Source of the DNA: Dehalococcoidia bacterium UBA7891
GTDB taxonomy: Bacteria > Chloroflexota > Dehalococcoidia > Lucifugimonadales > UBA826
Assembly: GCA_002500485.1 (NCBI GenBank)
Contig: DLRJ01000113.1
Location: 18,001-82,000, forward strand
Direction of reading: 5' to 3'
Length of the DNA: 64,000 bases
Positions within the stretch are counted from its first letter, which is position 1. Each line of letters begins with the position of its first letter. The notes under the pieces were generated by a model. It made no database searches, had not been told where the DNA came from, and was given only the letters and a program-made list of their open reading frames with translations. Made by a program: the position numbers and the translations under genes. This document shows, one piece after another, positions 19,022 to 29,861 of the stretch.

Positions 19022-19390
19022 GTGACTGAATCATATGCAGCTAATTGGACAGCAGTATTAGTAGTTGCCTTCGTGGGAGCTTTGGCTGTGTTATTGATGT
19101 TTGTAGCATCTAGAGTATTGGCTCCTAAACGGCACTCTGCCATAAAAAATTCCCCATACGAGTGCGGCATACCCGCATCCCCACATCATTGGTCTCAAAT
19201 CCAAATACGTTACTATGTTTTTGCGATATTGTTCCTGATATTTGATGTTGAAGCTGTTTTCCTATTTCCTTGGGCGCTAGTATTTTTGGGCGCTCCTCCT
19301 GCAGTTTTTTATGAAATGATTATTTTTATTGGTATATTGCTGTTTGGGTTGGCTTACGTTTGGAGAAAGGGAGTTTTGCAATGGAGATAG
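19022..19390 (+). CDS. nuoA: NADH-quinone oxidoreductase subunit A
   Basis: 122 aa, 3 TM segments. Reads ..PYECGI.. and ..[15 protein letters not shown]... Confidence 0.92.
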   Translation: MTESYAANWTAVLVVAFVGALAVLLMFVASRVLAPKRHSAIKNSPYECGIPASPHHWSQIQIRYYVFAILFLIFDVEAVFLFPWALVFLGAPPAVFYEMIIFIGILLFGLAYVWRKGVLQWR

Positions 19391-20022
19391 ACGAAAACCC
19401 TAAAATTCATATTCCGAAATATGATGGGCTTCCTCCGACTGAAAAACCACTTGGTGATGGTTACGAGATGGGTAAAGGGAATAACCCTGCGGATAGCGTT
19501 TTCAATAGGGTTCTGCCCAATGCATTGACCGCAAAATCGGATCAATTATTTGCATTAGCAAGAAAATCATCACTTTGGACTTTATCTTTTGGGTTAGCAT
19601 GCTGTGCAATTGAAATGATAAGTGCCCATGCTTCACATCATGATCTTGATAGATTTGGAGTGGTTACTTGGCCTTCCCCTCGTCAAGCGGATGTCATGAT
19701 AGTTGCCGGCACTGTGGTAAAAAAGATGGCAGATTCCATAAAACTTTTATACGAACAAATGCCTGATCCCAAATGGGTTATTGCTATGGGAAGTTGTGCA
19801 ACCAATGGAGGACCCTACTATAAATCATATTCGGTGGTTATGGGAGTAGACCATTTAATACCAGTTGACGTTTACGTTCCAGGTTGCCCACCTAGACCTG
19901 AAGCACTAATTTACGGTGTTATGCAATTACAAGAGAAAATAAAAAATGATGCAAATCAATCCTTCGAAAAAGAGTCACTAAATGCCAATGAAGGAGAGCA
20001 GCAGCATATCTTCAAAGCGTGA
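19381..20022 (+). CDS. nuoB: NADH-quinone oxidoreductase subunit B
   Basis: N2-cluster cysteines present ([28 protein letters not shown]). I preferred the ATG at 19381 (10-nt overlap with nuoA); the ORF track starts at 19360. Confidence 0.92.
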   Translation: MEIDENPKIHIPKYDGLPPTEKPLGDGYEMGKGNNPADSVFNRVLPNALTAKSDQLFALARKSSLWTLSFGLACCAIEMISAHASHHDLDRFGVVTWPSPRQADVMIVAGTVVKKMADSIKLLYEQMPDPKWVIAMGSCATNGGPYYKSYSVVMGVDHLIPVDVYVPGCPPRPEALIYGVMQLQEKIKNDANQSFEKESLNANEGEQQHIFKA

Positions 20023-20527
20023 AATTAAAGCGCCAATAGTGCGGGAAGACCTCGACCAAGCGGGAGAGAATCTCCACAAAATATTAAAAGAATCCATTTC
20101 TGATTTTCCAGGGTCAGAAATATCGGTTTCTATAGATATGGTCACAGTTAAAATTGATTCAGTGCAGCTGGCTAAAATTTGTGAATTTCTCAAATATACT
20201 GAAAAATTCGGGTTTGATTATTTATCCTGTATCACTGTAGTAGATTATGAAAAAGATCAAGAAATATTTGAGATGATTTATCATCTTATCTCTATTAGGC
20301 TACACCATAAAATGGCCATTAAAGTGCCATTACCGTCAAATGATCCCACAGTGCCTTCGGTACTGGGTGTTTGGAAATCAGCCGACTGGTTTGAAAGAGA
20401 AGCCCATGATTTATTTGGCATTAAATTTGAAGGTCGTGAAAATTTACCCCCATTGTTATTATATGAGGGATTTGAGGGTTATCCAGGAAGAAAAAGTTAT
20501 CCATTTCATGATTATGGTGAATGGTAA
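19982..20527 (+). CDS. nuoC: NADH-quinone oxidoreductase subunit C
   Basis: 181 aa. Reads ..[20 protein letters not shown]... The start is uncertain: a GTG at 20039 would avoid the 41-nt overlap with nuoB. Confidence 0.88.
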   Translation: MPMKESSSISSKREIKAPIVREDLDQAGENLHKILKESISDFPGSEISVSIDMVTVKIDSVQLAKICEFLKYTEKFGFDYLSCITVVDYEKDQEIFEMIYHLISIRLHHKMAIKVPLPSNDPTVPSVLGVWKSADWFEREAHDLFGIKFEGRENLPPLLLYEGFEGYPGRKSYPFHDYGEW

Positions 20528-20545
20528 TGGTTAGTAAGTTTACTT

Positions 20546-21670
20546 ATGCAAGTACATCAACAGGTTAGTGAATATTCTGATGCGATAGACCTAATGGTCA
20601 ATATGGGTCCTCAGCACCCTAGTACCCATGGAGTCTTCAGGCTAGTTATATGGGTTGACGGTGAACGCATAGTGAAGGTGGAACCCCATATTGGTTACCT
20701 TCATCGTGGGTCAGAAAAGATATGTGAAAGTGAACAATATAGCCAGATTGTGACTCTTTTTGATCGCCTAGATTATGTTGGTAATCTAAACAACGAATTA
20801 GCTTTTTGCTTAGCCGTAGAGAAACTTACCGAAACTGTTGTTCCGGAGAGAGCTGAGTACATACGGGTAATTTTGTGTGAATTGAACCGGATAGCTAGCC
20901 ACATGCTGTTCTACGGCGTTTATGGCTTAGATGTTGGAGCCACCACTCCAATGCTTTATGGTTTTCGTGAACGTGAGAGGGTACAAGAACTCTTTGAAAG
21001 CGTGACTGGAGCAAGGATGATGCATAACTACATCAGAATTGGTGGTGTGAAGGAAGATGTTCCTGATGATTTTGATAAAAATGTGCTGATATTACTTGAT
21101 CATCTCAAAAGAGGTGTTGATGAGTGTGACAGGCTTTTATCCCAAAATGAGATGTTCCTTGCTCGCACAAAAGGAGTAGGTATTATCACTGGAGAGGATG
21201 CCTTGGATTATGGTGTGACTGGGCCTGCTTTGAGAGCCTCCGGTGTTATAGAAGATGTAAGAGTCACAGACCCATATTCGATTTATAGTCGGTTCGATTT
21301 TGGTATACCAGTGGGGAGTAATGGTGATTGTTGGGATAGATACTATGTACGCGTTGAAGAAATGAGAGAGTCAATCAAGATAGTAGAACAGGCCATATCC
21401 GATATTCCCGACGGTGATATTTCTGCCAAAGTCAGAAGGATAATTAGACCACCGGTTGGAGAGGTATTCGTTCGCACAGAATCTCCCAGAGGTGACCTAG
21501 GAGTTTTCCTGGTAAGTGACGGCTCAGATAAACCCTACAGAGTTAAAGTGAGGCCACCATCTTTTGCAAATCTACAAGCCCTTGAATATATGCTTGAGGA
21601 TACCTATATTGCCGACGCTGTTTTAGTGCTGGGTTCGATTGACATTATTATGGGAGAGGTCGATCGATGA
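20546..21670 (+). CDS. nuoD: NADH-quinone oxidoreductase subunit D
   Basis: 374 aa. Reads NMGPQHPSTHGVFRL..HIGYLHRG.. with a C-terminal ..IIMGEVDR. Confidence 0.95.
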   Translation: MQVHQQVSEYSDAIDLMVNMGPQHPSTHGVFRLVIWVDGERIVKVEPHIGYLHRGSEKICESEQYSQIVTLFDRLDYVGNLNNELAFCLAVEKLTETVVPERAEYIRVILCELNRIASHMLFYGVYGLDVGATTPMLYGFRERERVQELFESVTGARMMHNYIRIGGVKEDVPDDFDKNVLILLDHLKRGVDECDRLLSQNEMFLARTKGVGIITGEDALDYGVTGPALRASGVIEDVRVTDPYSIYSRFDFGIPVGSNGDCWDRYYVRVEEMRESIKIVEQAISDIPDGDISAKVRRIIRPPVGEVFVRTESPRGDLGVFLVSDGSDKPYRVKVRPPSFANLQALEYMLEDTYIADAVLVLGSIDIIMGEVDR

Positions 21671-22806
21671 ATATGCCTGAAATTGTTGGCTTGTTTTTTA
21701 AAGCATCTCTGCTACTTTTTTTTATTCTTATGGTAGTTCTTATTTTGACTTTGGCTGAACGAAAGGCATTAGCCCGGATACAGCAAAGAAAAGGTCCTAA
21801 CAGGGTGGGATTTAAAGGAATTCTTCAACCATTTGCTGACGCTTTAAAATTGCTCACTAAAGAAGATATCCTACCTGCATCCGCTAATAAGCAAATTTTT
21901 TGGGTAGCGCCCCTCGCTGTGTTCCTTCCAGGGTTTTTGATTTGGGTGACAATTCCGTTGGCAAAGGAAGTTGTACTCGCAAACTTGGATATGGGGCTTT
22001 TTTACATAACTGCTATTTCAGTTTTGTCTGTCATGGGATTGCTAATGGCTGGATGGGGTTCGGCCAATAAGTGGGCAATGATAGGGGGCTTGAGAGCAGC
22101 CGGACAGCTTATAAGCTATGAAATCCCATTCATAATGGCTATTTTGGCGATAGGAATTTTAGCCCAGTCATTCAATCTGAAGGAAATAGTTGATGATCAG
22201 GCCCAATGGCCTTTTGCCATTAAACAACCGTTGGGGTTATTTATTTTTCTTACTGCAGGGTTAGCGGAATTAGGAAGGACCCCTTTTGATATTCATCATG
22301 CAGAATCTGAGGTAGTTGGCGGCCCATTTGTGGAATACAGTGGAGCCCATTGGTCAGTCTTTTATCTTGCCGAGTATATGAACACGTTTACTATCGCCGT
22401 TCTAACGGTACTGCTATTTCTCGGCGGCTGGCAATCCCCTGTATTACCTTTCAGTGGGACTGTTCAAACTGTGGCCTCACTCAGCTGGTTCTTAATAAAA
22501 ACTGCCCTTGTGATCTGGGTTATATTTTGGATTCGTGGTACATATCCAAGATTGAGAATTGATCAACTGATGTCGTTCGGATGGAAAATACTGGTTCCGG
22601 CATCCTTTATTAACATTTTTCTTACCGCATCGGTACTTTACTATGCTTTGCCACACTGGGTTATCACGGTGGTATCTCTTGGCTTCCTGGGTGCAACTTT
22701 TTATTTCATAAAGAAAGGATCTCTAGCTGGAAATAAACAAGATACTGTGACGATTATTAATAGTAGTGATATAAGAGCTCAGCTTTCCAATAAGGCTGAG
22801 GTATAG
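21667..22806 (+). CDS. nuoH: NADH-quinone oxidoreductase subunit H
   Basis: 379 aa. Reads ..LAERKALARIQQRKGPNRVG.. and ..GRTPFDIHHAESEVV... The start overlaps the nuoD stop by 4 nt, so there is no room for nuoE/F/G. Confidence 0.95.
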   Translation: MNMPEIVGLFFKASLLLFFILMVVLILTLAERKALARIQQRKGPNRVGFKGILQPFADALKLLTKEDILPASANKQIFWVAPLAVFLPGFLIWVTIPLAKEVVLANLDMGLFYITAISVLSVMGLLMAGWGSANKWAMIGGLRAAGQLISYEIPFIMAILAIGILAQSFNLKEIVDDQAQWPFAIKQPLGLFIFLTAGLAELGRTPFDIHHAESEVVGGPFVEYSGAHWSVFYLAEYMNTFTIAVLTVLLFLGGWQSPVLPFSGTVQTVASLSWFLIKTALVIWVIFWIRGTYPRLRIDQLMSFGWKILVPASFINIFLTASVLYYALPHWVITVVSLGFLGATFYFIKKGSLAGNKQDTVTIINSSDIRAQLSNKAEV

Positions 22807-23346
22807 ATGAAAATACAGAACCCTGTCGTTGGTTTTATAAATGGCCTTATGGTTACTATAAGGTCCACTCTAAGACGTCCAGTTACTGCAGAGTATCCGG
22901 CGATTGAAAAACGTCTACCCCTTTCAAATAGATTCATGGGGTTTCCGGCATTAACTTGGGATTATGATATAGAGGAGCCATACTGCACCGGCTGTATGGT
23001 ATGCGTTCGAGAATGTCCTACTCAGTGTATGTCGGCTCAAATGAAAGATAATCCCCAGCATGAAAAAGGCCTGAGTAGGCGTCGTAAAATCATAGAGAGC
23101 TTCGAGATAAATTTAGGACGGTGTATTTTGTGTGGCATCTGTGTTGATGTGTGCAACTTTGATGCGATTGAAATGTCCCACGAGTATGAATTGAGCAAAT
23201 ATCAAAGAAACGCGAATAGAGTTAATTTGAATCAATTGTTGGACATGGGCGTTGTTTATCAAAATAAACTTCAATGGACTCCAAAGCAACCACAAAAAAA
23301 TAGTGGAATACCGTTACCTCCAAAGCAATCAGAGGATTCCTCTTAA
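22807..23346 (+). CDS. nuoI: NADH-quinone oxidoreductase subunit I (2x[4Fe-4S])
   Basis: 179 aa with two ferredoxin-type cysteine motifs, CTGCMVCVRECP and CILCGICVDVCN. Confidence 0.93.
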   Translation: MKIQNPVVGFINGLMVTIRSTLRRPVTAEYPAIEKRLPLSNRFMGFPALTWDYDIEEPYCTGCMVCVRECPTQCMSAQMKDNPQHEKGLSRRRKIIESFEINLGRCILCGICVDVCNFDAIEMSHEYELSKYQRNANRVNLNQLLDMGVVYQNKLQWTPKQPQKNSGIPLPPKQSEDSS

Positions 23347-23837
23347 TGTCAGTAGTGTTTTTTGCGATAGCAGCCATTTTGGTTATTTCGGGCGGCATTG
23401 GAGTAGTAGCTGCACGAAACATTGTTTATGCTGCCCTATCCTTACTGGTTGCGATGGTAGGAACTGCTGGCGTATTTCTAATAGGGCTTGCCGAGTTTTT
23501 GGCATTAGTGCAGCTTCTGATATATGGAGGGGCTGTTGTAATCGTGATTTTATTCTCACTTATGCTAACTAAGATTCAAGATTTTGAATTCTTGACAGCA
23601 AACAAACAGTGGCCGATAGCACTGATAGTGGCCATGTGCCTGCTAGGCTTATTGGGAATTTCCATTTTGGTTGAGGGTAGTGCAACCACGACAATGGGAA
23701 GTACCAATATATCTGAATTAGGTCTGAGTTTGTTTTCAGATTGGGCTATACCATTTGAACTTGCATCTTTAGTACTGCTAATTGCTCTTATAGGAGCAGT
23801 AGTAATAGTACGTAGGGATAATGGGGAAGATAAGTGA
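23346..23837 (+). CDS. nuoJ: NADH-quinone oxidoreductase subunit J
   Basis: 163 aa, hydrophobic. Reads ..LALVQLLIYGGAVVIVILF... Confidence 0.9.
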   Translation: MSVVFFAIAAILVISGGIGVVAARNIVYAALSLLVAMVGTAGVFLIGLAEFLALVQLLIYGGAVVIVILFSLMLTKIQDFEFLTANKQWPIALIVAMCLLGLLGISILVEGSATTTMGSTNISELGLSLFSDWAIPFELASLVLLIALIGAVVIVRRDNGEDK

Positions 23838-24151
23838 TGGAATTAATTTATTTTCAGTTATTAGCCGCGATTCTATTTTGCATTGGCATTTATGGAGTAT
23901 TGGCTCGGAGAAGTGCAGTTCTGATATTGATGTCAATTGAACTGATGCTCAACGCAGTCAACATTAATTTGATTGGTTATGCAGCCTTTTCAAGTTTTGG
24001 ATCAGCCCACAGAAATTTAGGACAAGTCTTAGTAATATTTATCATCACCATAGCGGCGGCAGAATTAGCTTTGGCTATGGCTATTATTTTGAGGCTCTAC
24101 AGGAATAAAAACAACGTTAATGTTGACGAATTGGATATCTTAAAGGGCTAG
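23834..24151 (+). CDS. nuoK: NADH-quinone oxidoreductase subunit K
   Basis: 105 aa, 3 TM. Reads ..LMSIELMLNAVNINL... Confidence 0.92.
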   Translation: MMELIYFQLLAAILFCIGIYGVLARRSAVLILMSIELMLNAVNINLIGYAAFSSFGSAHRNLGQVLVIFIITIAAAELALAMAIILRLYRNKNNVNVDELDILKG

Positions 24152-24161
24152 AATCTGAATT

Positions 24162-26036
24162 ATGATCTTGAGTGCTGAATTTGCATGGATAATACCTGGG
24201 TTAGCAGTTATAGCTTTTTGCCTAACTAGTTTGTTTGGCAAAAACCTTCCCTACAAAGGGATCTTTTTGCCTATAGCGGCAGCACTATTAGGGTTTATTT
24301 TTTTCTGTTTGATATTCGTTGATTTCATCTCCACAGGGTTTAATCCTGCAAGTGTAAGCATCGATTGGATTGTCATTGATAATTGGTCTATTACTTGGGG
24401 ATTTGCCATCGATGAAATTTCAATACTTATGTTGGGGTTAGTGACGTTTATATCTTTGCTTGTCCAGATATATTCGGTGGGTTATATGTCAGGTGATTCT
24501 AGAATTTCATGGTATTTTGCCGTCCACGCCTTGTTTGCAGGAGCTATGTTGACATTGGTTCTAGCCGACAATTTACTTTTCCTATATTTTTGTTGGGAGT
24601 TGGTGGGATTGGGATCATATTTACTTATAGGGTTTTGGTTTGAGAAGAAAGCTGCATCAGAAGCGGCAAAAAAGGCTTTTATAACCACGAGGGTGGGAGA
24701 TGTTGGTCTTCTAATTGGCATTATATTGTTATTTAAAGCTACGGGTACTTTTCATATACCATCCATAATTCACGCAGCTCAAAATGGGGCTATACCAGAA
24801 GCTACTTTGATGTGGTCTTCTCTTCTGCTGTTTCTAGGTGCAATGGGTAAATCAGCTCAATTTCCTTTTCATGTTTGGTTGCCTGATGCCATGGAAGGAC
24901 CGACTCCTGTCTCAGCCCTTATACATGCGGCTACTATGGTGGTTGCAGGGGTCTATTTGATTGCTCGAATGCTGCCGTTACTAGAGATAGTTCCAGGATT
25001 TTTGACCCTTGTTGCTACGGTAGGGCTATTTACTTTTTTGTTCGCAGGAATAATCGCTTTGGTAATGACAGACATAAAAAAAATTTTGGCATATTCGACG
25101 ATAAGCCACTTGGGGCTGATGGTTTTAACTTTAGGTGCCGGAGGATTGGCTGCTGCGATGTTTCATTTAGTAGTGCATGGCTTTTCTAAAGCTCTCCTGT
25201 TCTTGGGAGCAGGAAGTGTGATGCATGGGATGAACGGTGAGACTGATTGTTGGAAGATGGGAGGGTTGAGACGAAATATGTCTGTAACAGGAGGCACCTT
25301 CCTAATTGGGTGTTTGTCCCTCGCAGGAATTGTTCCCCTGAGTGGGTTTTTTAGTAAAGATGAAATGCTGCTTTCTATATATGAAGGACTTGGGCCCATA
25401 TTTCTTCTTATTACCCTCGTTGGTGTTTTTCTCAGTTCGCTTTATATGATTCGTTTATTTTGCGTGATTTTTGTAGGGGAACCTCGAAGCGAAGGGGCGA
25501 AAAACTCCCATGAGTCTTCTCGAGTAATGACTTATCCACTTGTAATATTGGCTGTTTTTGGAACAATTTTGGGCATATTGGCTCTCCCGTTACCATTGGG
25601 AGATTTTGAAGGGTTGGGTAATTTCATCGATTCGAAGCATCATTTTCACCTCTCACCCTGGATAACTCCTCTTTCTCTTTTGATAGCTCTTTCTGGTCTA
25701 GTAATTGGTTATTTGTGTTACGGATATCACAAAATTCCGCACCATTTGATAGCGTTAAGGTTCGGCTATTTATATAAGTTGACTCTATCCAAATTCTATA
25801 TAGATGAATTTTATCAATGGATAATAGATAAAATAGTGTTGTCAGCGGCCCGATTTGTTTCTATATTCGATCGAGTTGTCGTTAACGACACTGGAGTTGA
25901 TGGCATGGGAATGTCCGTATTGCTTTCTGCCTTTAAAGTGAGGCTAATTCAGACGGGTAAGTTGTACCATTACGGCGCTGCTATGGGAATAGGTATATTC
26001 TTTATGGCTGTTATGTGGATTTTGGTTAGTAATTAA
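24162..26036 (+). CDS. nuoL: NADH-quinone oxidoreductase subunit L
   Basis: 624 aa antiporter-like subunit. Reads ..GKSAQFPFHVWLPDAMEGPTPVSALIHAATMV.. with a long C-terminal region consistent with the lateral helix. Confidence 0.95.
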   Translation: MILSAEFAWIIPGLAVIAFCLTSLFGKNLPYKGIFLPIAAALLGFIFFCLIFVDFISTGFNPASVSIDWIVIDNWSITWGFAIDEISILMLGLVTFISLLVQIYSVGYMSGDSRISWYFAVHALFAGAMLTLVLADNLLFLYFCWELVGLGSYLLIGFWFEKKAASEAAKKAFITTRVGDVGLLIGIILLFKATGTFHIPSIIHAAQNGAIPEATLMWSSLLLFLGAMGKSAQFPFHVWLPDAMEGPTPVSALIHAATMVVAGVYLIARMLPLLEIVPGFLTLVATVGLFTFLFAGIIALVMTDIKKILAYSTISHLGLMVLTLGAGGLAAAMFHLVVHGFSKALLFLGAGSVMHGMNGETDCWKMGGLRRNMSVTGGTFLIGCLSLAGIVPLSGFFSKDEMLLSIYEGLGPIFLLITLVGVFLSSLYMIRLFCVIFVGEPRSEGAKNSHESSRVMTYPLVILAVFGTILGILALPLPLGDFEGLGNFIDSKHHFHLSPWITPLSLLIALSGLVIGYLCYGYHKIPHHLIALRFGYLYKLTLSKFYIDEFYQWIIDKIVLSAARFVSIFDRVVVNDTGVDGMGMSVLLSAFKVRLIQTGKLYHYGAAMGIGIFFMAVMWILVSN

Positions 26037-27583
26037 TGGAATTCCTCAGTTTCTCCAACCCCGCAGGGTTAGTTGCTTTACCAATTTTAGGATGTTTCAT
26101 CTTATTTTTCATTCCAGGACATAGAGCTAATCTTGTCCGTTGGATTTCTACAACTATTGCTTTTCTAGTCTTGATTATATCTTTCTATTTCTTCTTATCA
26201 TTTGATCATTTCGAAGGTGGCAGGCAATTTATTTATGAATATGAGTGGCTATCTTTAATAGGACCTTGGGGGGAATCTCAAAGAGCTATATCTATGTCGG
26301 TTGGGATAGATGGTATAGCCGTAACGATGATCCTTTTAACCGGTATTGTTATGTTCACCGGTACTGTGGTTTCGTGGAATATTAATGTAAGTAATAAAGA
26401 TTTTTTCATCTTATATTTTCTGTTATTATCAGGGGTTTTTGGCGTTTTCATTACTTACGATCTTTTCTTTTTCTTTTTCTTTTATGAATTGTCAGTTCTA
26501 CCGATGTACTTGCTTATTGGTAAATGGGGAAGTAGTAGTAAATTCTCCTCTTTTGAGAGGACCAAAGAATACAGCGCCATGAAACTAACTTTAGTTCTTG
26601 TTGCGGGGAGTGTTTTAATATGGGTGGCCATAATCGCCATGTTTGTACAGTCTGGGACAGGAAGCTTTCATATTGATGAAATCCAAAAAGTAATTCCTGA
26701 CAAATTCTCTTCAGAATTCCAAAGTGCTTTTTTCTTGATGCTTATGATTGGGTTTGGAATACTGGCTGGGTTATGGCCCTTTCATACATGGTCACCAGAT
26801 GGCCATGTGGCTGCGCCTACTGCAGTAAGTATGGTTCATGCCGGTGTCCTTATGAAATTAGGCGCTTTTGGCATAATTCGAGTTGGAATGACCCTTTTAC
26901 CAGAAGGGGCTCAGGTTTGGATGCCGTTATTGATAGGACTCGGGGCGGTCAATGTGATTTATGGTGCTCTTTCGGCCATGGGTCAGACGGACCTGAAATA
27001 TGTCATAGGCTATTCATCAGTTAGTCATATGGGCTACGTATTAATGGGACTGGGCACATTGAGCCTTGTGGGCTTGAACGGAGCTGTGTTGCAAATGTTT
27101 TCCCATGGGGTCATGACTGCTCTGTTTTTTGCTGTGGTAGGAATGATTTACGAACGTACACGTACCAGGGATTCTTTAGTACTTAGCGGACTGGCACAGA
27201 AGATGGGAATAATAGCTGTCTTGTTCACCCTGGCGGGTTTAACTTCTCTTGGTTTACCAGGCCTTAGTGGATTTGCAGCAGAGCTATTGATATTTATTGG
27301 TATTTTTCAAAGTTATGAGATTTGGGGCATCATTTTGGGATCCCTCGCAGTTATTGGAGCTGCGATTACAGCCGTATATATTTTGAGGTTGCTCGCTAAA
27401 GTATTTTTCGGCCTAGCTGATGAAACTTTGCCAGAATATTTGGATTCGACACCAAGGGAGAAATTTGCGGCAAGTATCTTAGTTATTTTTATTGTGTTAG
27501 TGGGTCTCTGGCCGTTTCCATTTGTGAAAATAATTGAAAGTGGTGTTGAGCCGATTCTTCTTCAAATTGTGGGTGCTGGATGA
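26036..27583 (+). CDS. nuoM: NADH-quinone oxidoreductase subunit M
   Basis: 515 aa antiporter-like subunit. Reads ..PFHTWSPDGHVAAPTAVSMVHAGVLMKLG... Confidence 0.93.
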   Translation: MEFLSFSNPAGLVALPILGCFILFFIPGHRANLVRWISTTIAFLVLIISFYFFLSFDHFEGGRQFIYEYEWLSLIGPWGESQRAISMSVGIDGIAVTMILLTGIVMFTGTVVSWNINVSNKDFFILYFLLLSGVFGVFITYDLFFFFFFYELSVLPMYLLIGKWGSSSKFSSFERTKEYSAMKLTLVLVAGSVLIWVAIIAMFVQSGTGSFHIDEIQKVIPDKFSSEFQSAFFLMLMIGFGILAGLWPFHTWSPDGHVAAPTAVSMVHAGVLMKLGAFGIIRVGMTLLPEGAQVWMPLLIGLGAVNVIYGALSAMGQTDLKYVIGYSSVSHMGYVLMGLGTLSLVGLNGAVLQMFSHGVMTALFFAVVGMIYERTRTRDSLVLSGLAQKMGIIAVLFTLAGLTSLGLPGLSGFAAELLIFIGIFQSYEIWGIILGSLAVIGAAITAVYILRLLAKVFFGLADETLPEYLDSTPREKFAASILVIFIVLVGLWPFPFVKIIESGVEPILLQIVGAG

Positions 27584-29049
27584 ACTTTCACTTGATATAT
27601 CCAGAGTTTCTTTTAATTGGGCTTGCGTTCCTTGTTCTGATGTTAGATTTTTTCTTATCGGAGAAAAAGAAATATTTGTTGAATTGGGTCTCCACCTTGG
27701 GTATGGCTTTCATACTTGGGATAGCCTTGTTTATGAATCAGCAAGGTGACCTATACCAAGGATTATTGATCATCGACGGGTATGCGAGCTTTTTTAGGAT
27801 ATTTTTTCTGGCAATAGGAATAGTAGTGACACTTATATCACGAGATTACGTGGACTCTAATATTTCAAATCCCGGTGAATATTACGCTATTTTGATTTTC
27901 ACTATTTTGGCATCAATATCGTTGGCTTCATCCGGCGAGTTACTGACAGCCTATGTCAGCCTAGAAATTTTGAGCTTCGGGTTGTATGTATTAGTCGCGT
28001 ATGATCGATATAATCCTGCTTCAAATGAAGGAGGTGTCAAGTTTATCCTTTTAGGAGCTTTTTCCTCTGCTTTAATTCTATATGGCTTGAGTCAAACATA
28101 CGGGCTGATAGGAACCACTAGATTTAATGAAATTGCTGTTTTACTTAACTCAATGGAAAACATATCAATTGGTATGGTCGTCGGGTTCGTATTGATTCTG
28201 GCTGGAATAGCATTCAAACTGGCTGCCATACCATTTCATATGTGGGCTCCGGACGCCTATGAAGGAGCCCCTATACCAATAACGGCTTGGTTGTCCGTCT
28301 GTTCCAAAGTAGCGATTGTTGCTTTGGCTATTAGATTCTTTACAAACGGTATATTTCCTCTTGCTCCTGATTGGCAGCCTATTTTAATAGTCTTGGCAGT
28401 CCTTACCATGATAGGTGGTAATTTATTAGCACTTGTGCAGAAAAACATGAAACGATTACTAGCTTATTCCAGCATTGGACATGCCGGATATTTACTGATG
28501 GGTTTGGCGACATTAGTTGGGGTTAGCGACGAAGGTATTGTAAGTAAGGAACTAACCCATTTAGTTTCGAACGGATTGATTTTTCATATGGTTGCCTATG
28601 GGGCGACAAATTTTGCGATTTTTTTCTGCCTGATAATTGTCTACAACAGTACTGGTAGAGAAGATATTCAAGGACTCTCAGGACTTGCTTCAAGACAACC
28701 GTTAGTTGCTTTGGTGATGGTTTGCTCTCTGTTTTCTTTAGCAGGCATGCCAGTGTTTGCAGGATTCACTAGTAAATTTTATCTGTTTAATGCTGTAGCA
28801 TCCCAGGGATTTTTACTGTTGGTTGGGGTGGGGATTATTGCAAGCCTGATCTCACTGTACTATTACTTGACCGTAGCACGGTATTTGTATATTGAAAAAA
28901 TCTCCGATAATTCAATGATATATGTTTCATTTAACAGTAAATTAATTCTTATAGCATTATTAATGTTTATGATTTTAGGGGGAGTCTATCCTTCACCTTT
29001 GATGGATTTGATTCAAACTGCCACCGATTCCATCTTAAAAATAGACTAA
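27580..29049 (+). CDS. nuoN: NADH-quinone oxidoreductase subunit N
   Basis: 489 aa antiporter-like subunit. Reads ..AAIPFHMWAPDAYEGAPIPITAWLS... Last gene of the operon. Confidence 0.93.
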   Translation: MNFHLIYPEFLLIGLAFLVLMLDFFLSEKKKYLLNWVSTLGMAFILGIALFMNQQGDLYQGLLIIDGYASFFRIFFLAIGIVVTLISRDYVDSNISNPGEYYAILIFTILASISLASSGELLTAYVSLEILSFGLYVLVAYDRYNPASNEGGVKFILLGAFSSALILYGLSQTYGLIGTTRFNEIAVLLNSMENISIGMVVGFVLILAGIAFKLAAIPFHMWAPDAYEGAPIPITAWLSVCSKVAIVALAIRFFTNGIFPLAPDWQPILIVLAVLTMIGGNLLALVQKNMKRLLAYSSIGHAGYLLMGLATLVGVSDEGIVSKELTHLVSNGLIFHMVAYGATNFAIFFCLIIVYNSTGREDIQGLSGLASRQPLVALVMVCSLFSLAGMPVFAGFTSKFYLFNAVASQGFLLLVGVGIIASLISLYYYLTVARYLYIEKISDNSMIYVSFNSKLILIALLMFMILGGVYPSPLMDLIQTATDSILKID

Positions 29050-29100
29050 TTCCTCTGATAGACTGAACGGTGGATTTCTAATTACACTGAGAGAAAGGAG

Positions 29101-29838
29101 ATGAAATTGGCTCATTCAATAGATTGGCCTGAAGAATATAAAAGAGGCCTTGTTGTAGTAGCTCATGCCGATGATGCGGAATATGGTTGTTCAGGCACAG
29201 TAGCTCGATTAATTGCTGAGGGTTGGGATATGGCCTATGTCTTGTGCACTGACGGGAGTAAAGGCAGTAGTGACCCTGACATAACGGAAGAGCAATTATC
29301 TGAGATTAGAAGGGAAGAGCAAGAAAATGCAGGAAAAGTTTTAGGCTTATCTAACGTTGCCTTTTTAGGACATCCTGATAGTTATTTACAGCCTACCTTA
29401 GATTTAAGAAAGGACATAGCTAGAGAAATTCGTCGACAAAAGCCGGATGTGGTCATCTGTCAATATCCCATGAGAGTTCTAGACGGTGGGTTTGGTTCTG
29501 GGCATCCAGATCATATGACTGCGGGCGATACCGCCCTTTCGGCTATATTTCCAACTGCTAGAGATCACATGACTTTTCCTGAATTGATCAAAGAAGGATT
29601 TGAGCCTCATAAAGTCGCAGAAGCATGGATAATGGGGCATCCAGAACCTGACCTTTGGGTTGATATAAGTGACCATATGGAGACTTCAATAAAAGCTTTG
29701 ACGGCTCACGTGTCTCAGATGGGTGGCAGACCATATGATGAGGTATTGGAAAGGATGATGGAATGGCGCGGAGAAAGAGGTAAAGGCAAAGGAATGCCAC
29801 AGGCAGACGCCTTTAAACGGATTTATTATAGGGGATAA
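29101..29838 (+). CDS. PIG-L / LmbE family N-acetylglucosaminyl deacetylase-like protein
   Basis: 245 aa. Zinc-binding motifs VVAHADDAEYG and GHPDH. AGGAG lies directly upstream. Confidence 0.8.
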   Translation: MKLAHSIDWPEEYKRGLVVVAHADDAEYGCSGTVARLIAEGWDMAYVLCTDGSKGSSDPDITEEQLSEIRREEQENAGKVLGLSNVAFLGHPDSYLQPTLDLRKDIAREIRRQKPDVVICQYPMRVLDGGFGSGHPDHMTAGDTALSAIFPTARDHMTFPELIKEGFEPHKVAEAWIMGHPEPDLWVDISDHMETSIKALTAHVSQMGGRPYDEVLERMMEWRGERGKGKGMPQADAFKRIYYRG

Positions 29839-29861
29839 AACCAAATAACAAAGGAATAAAA

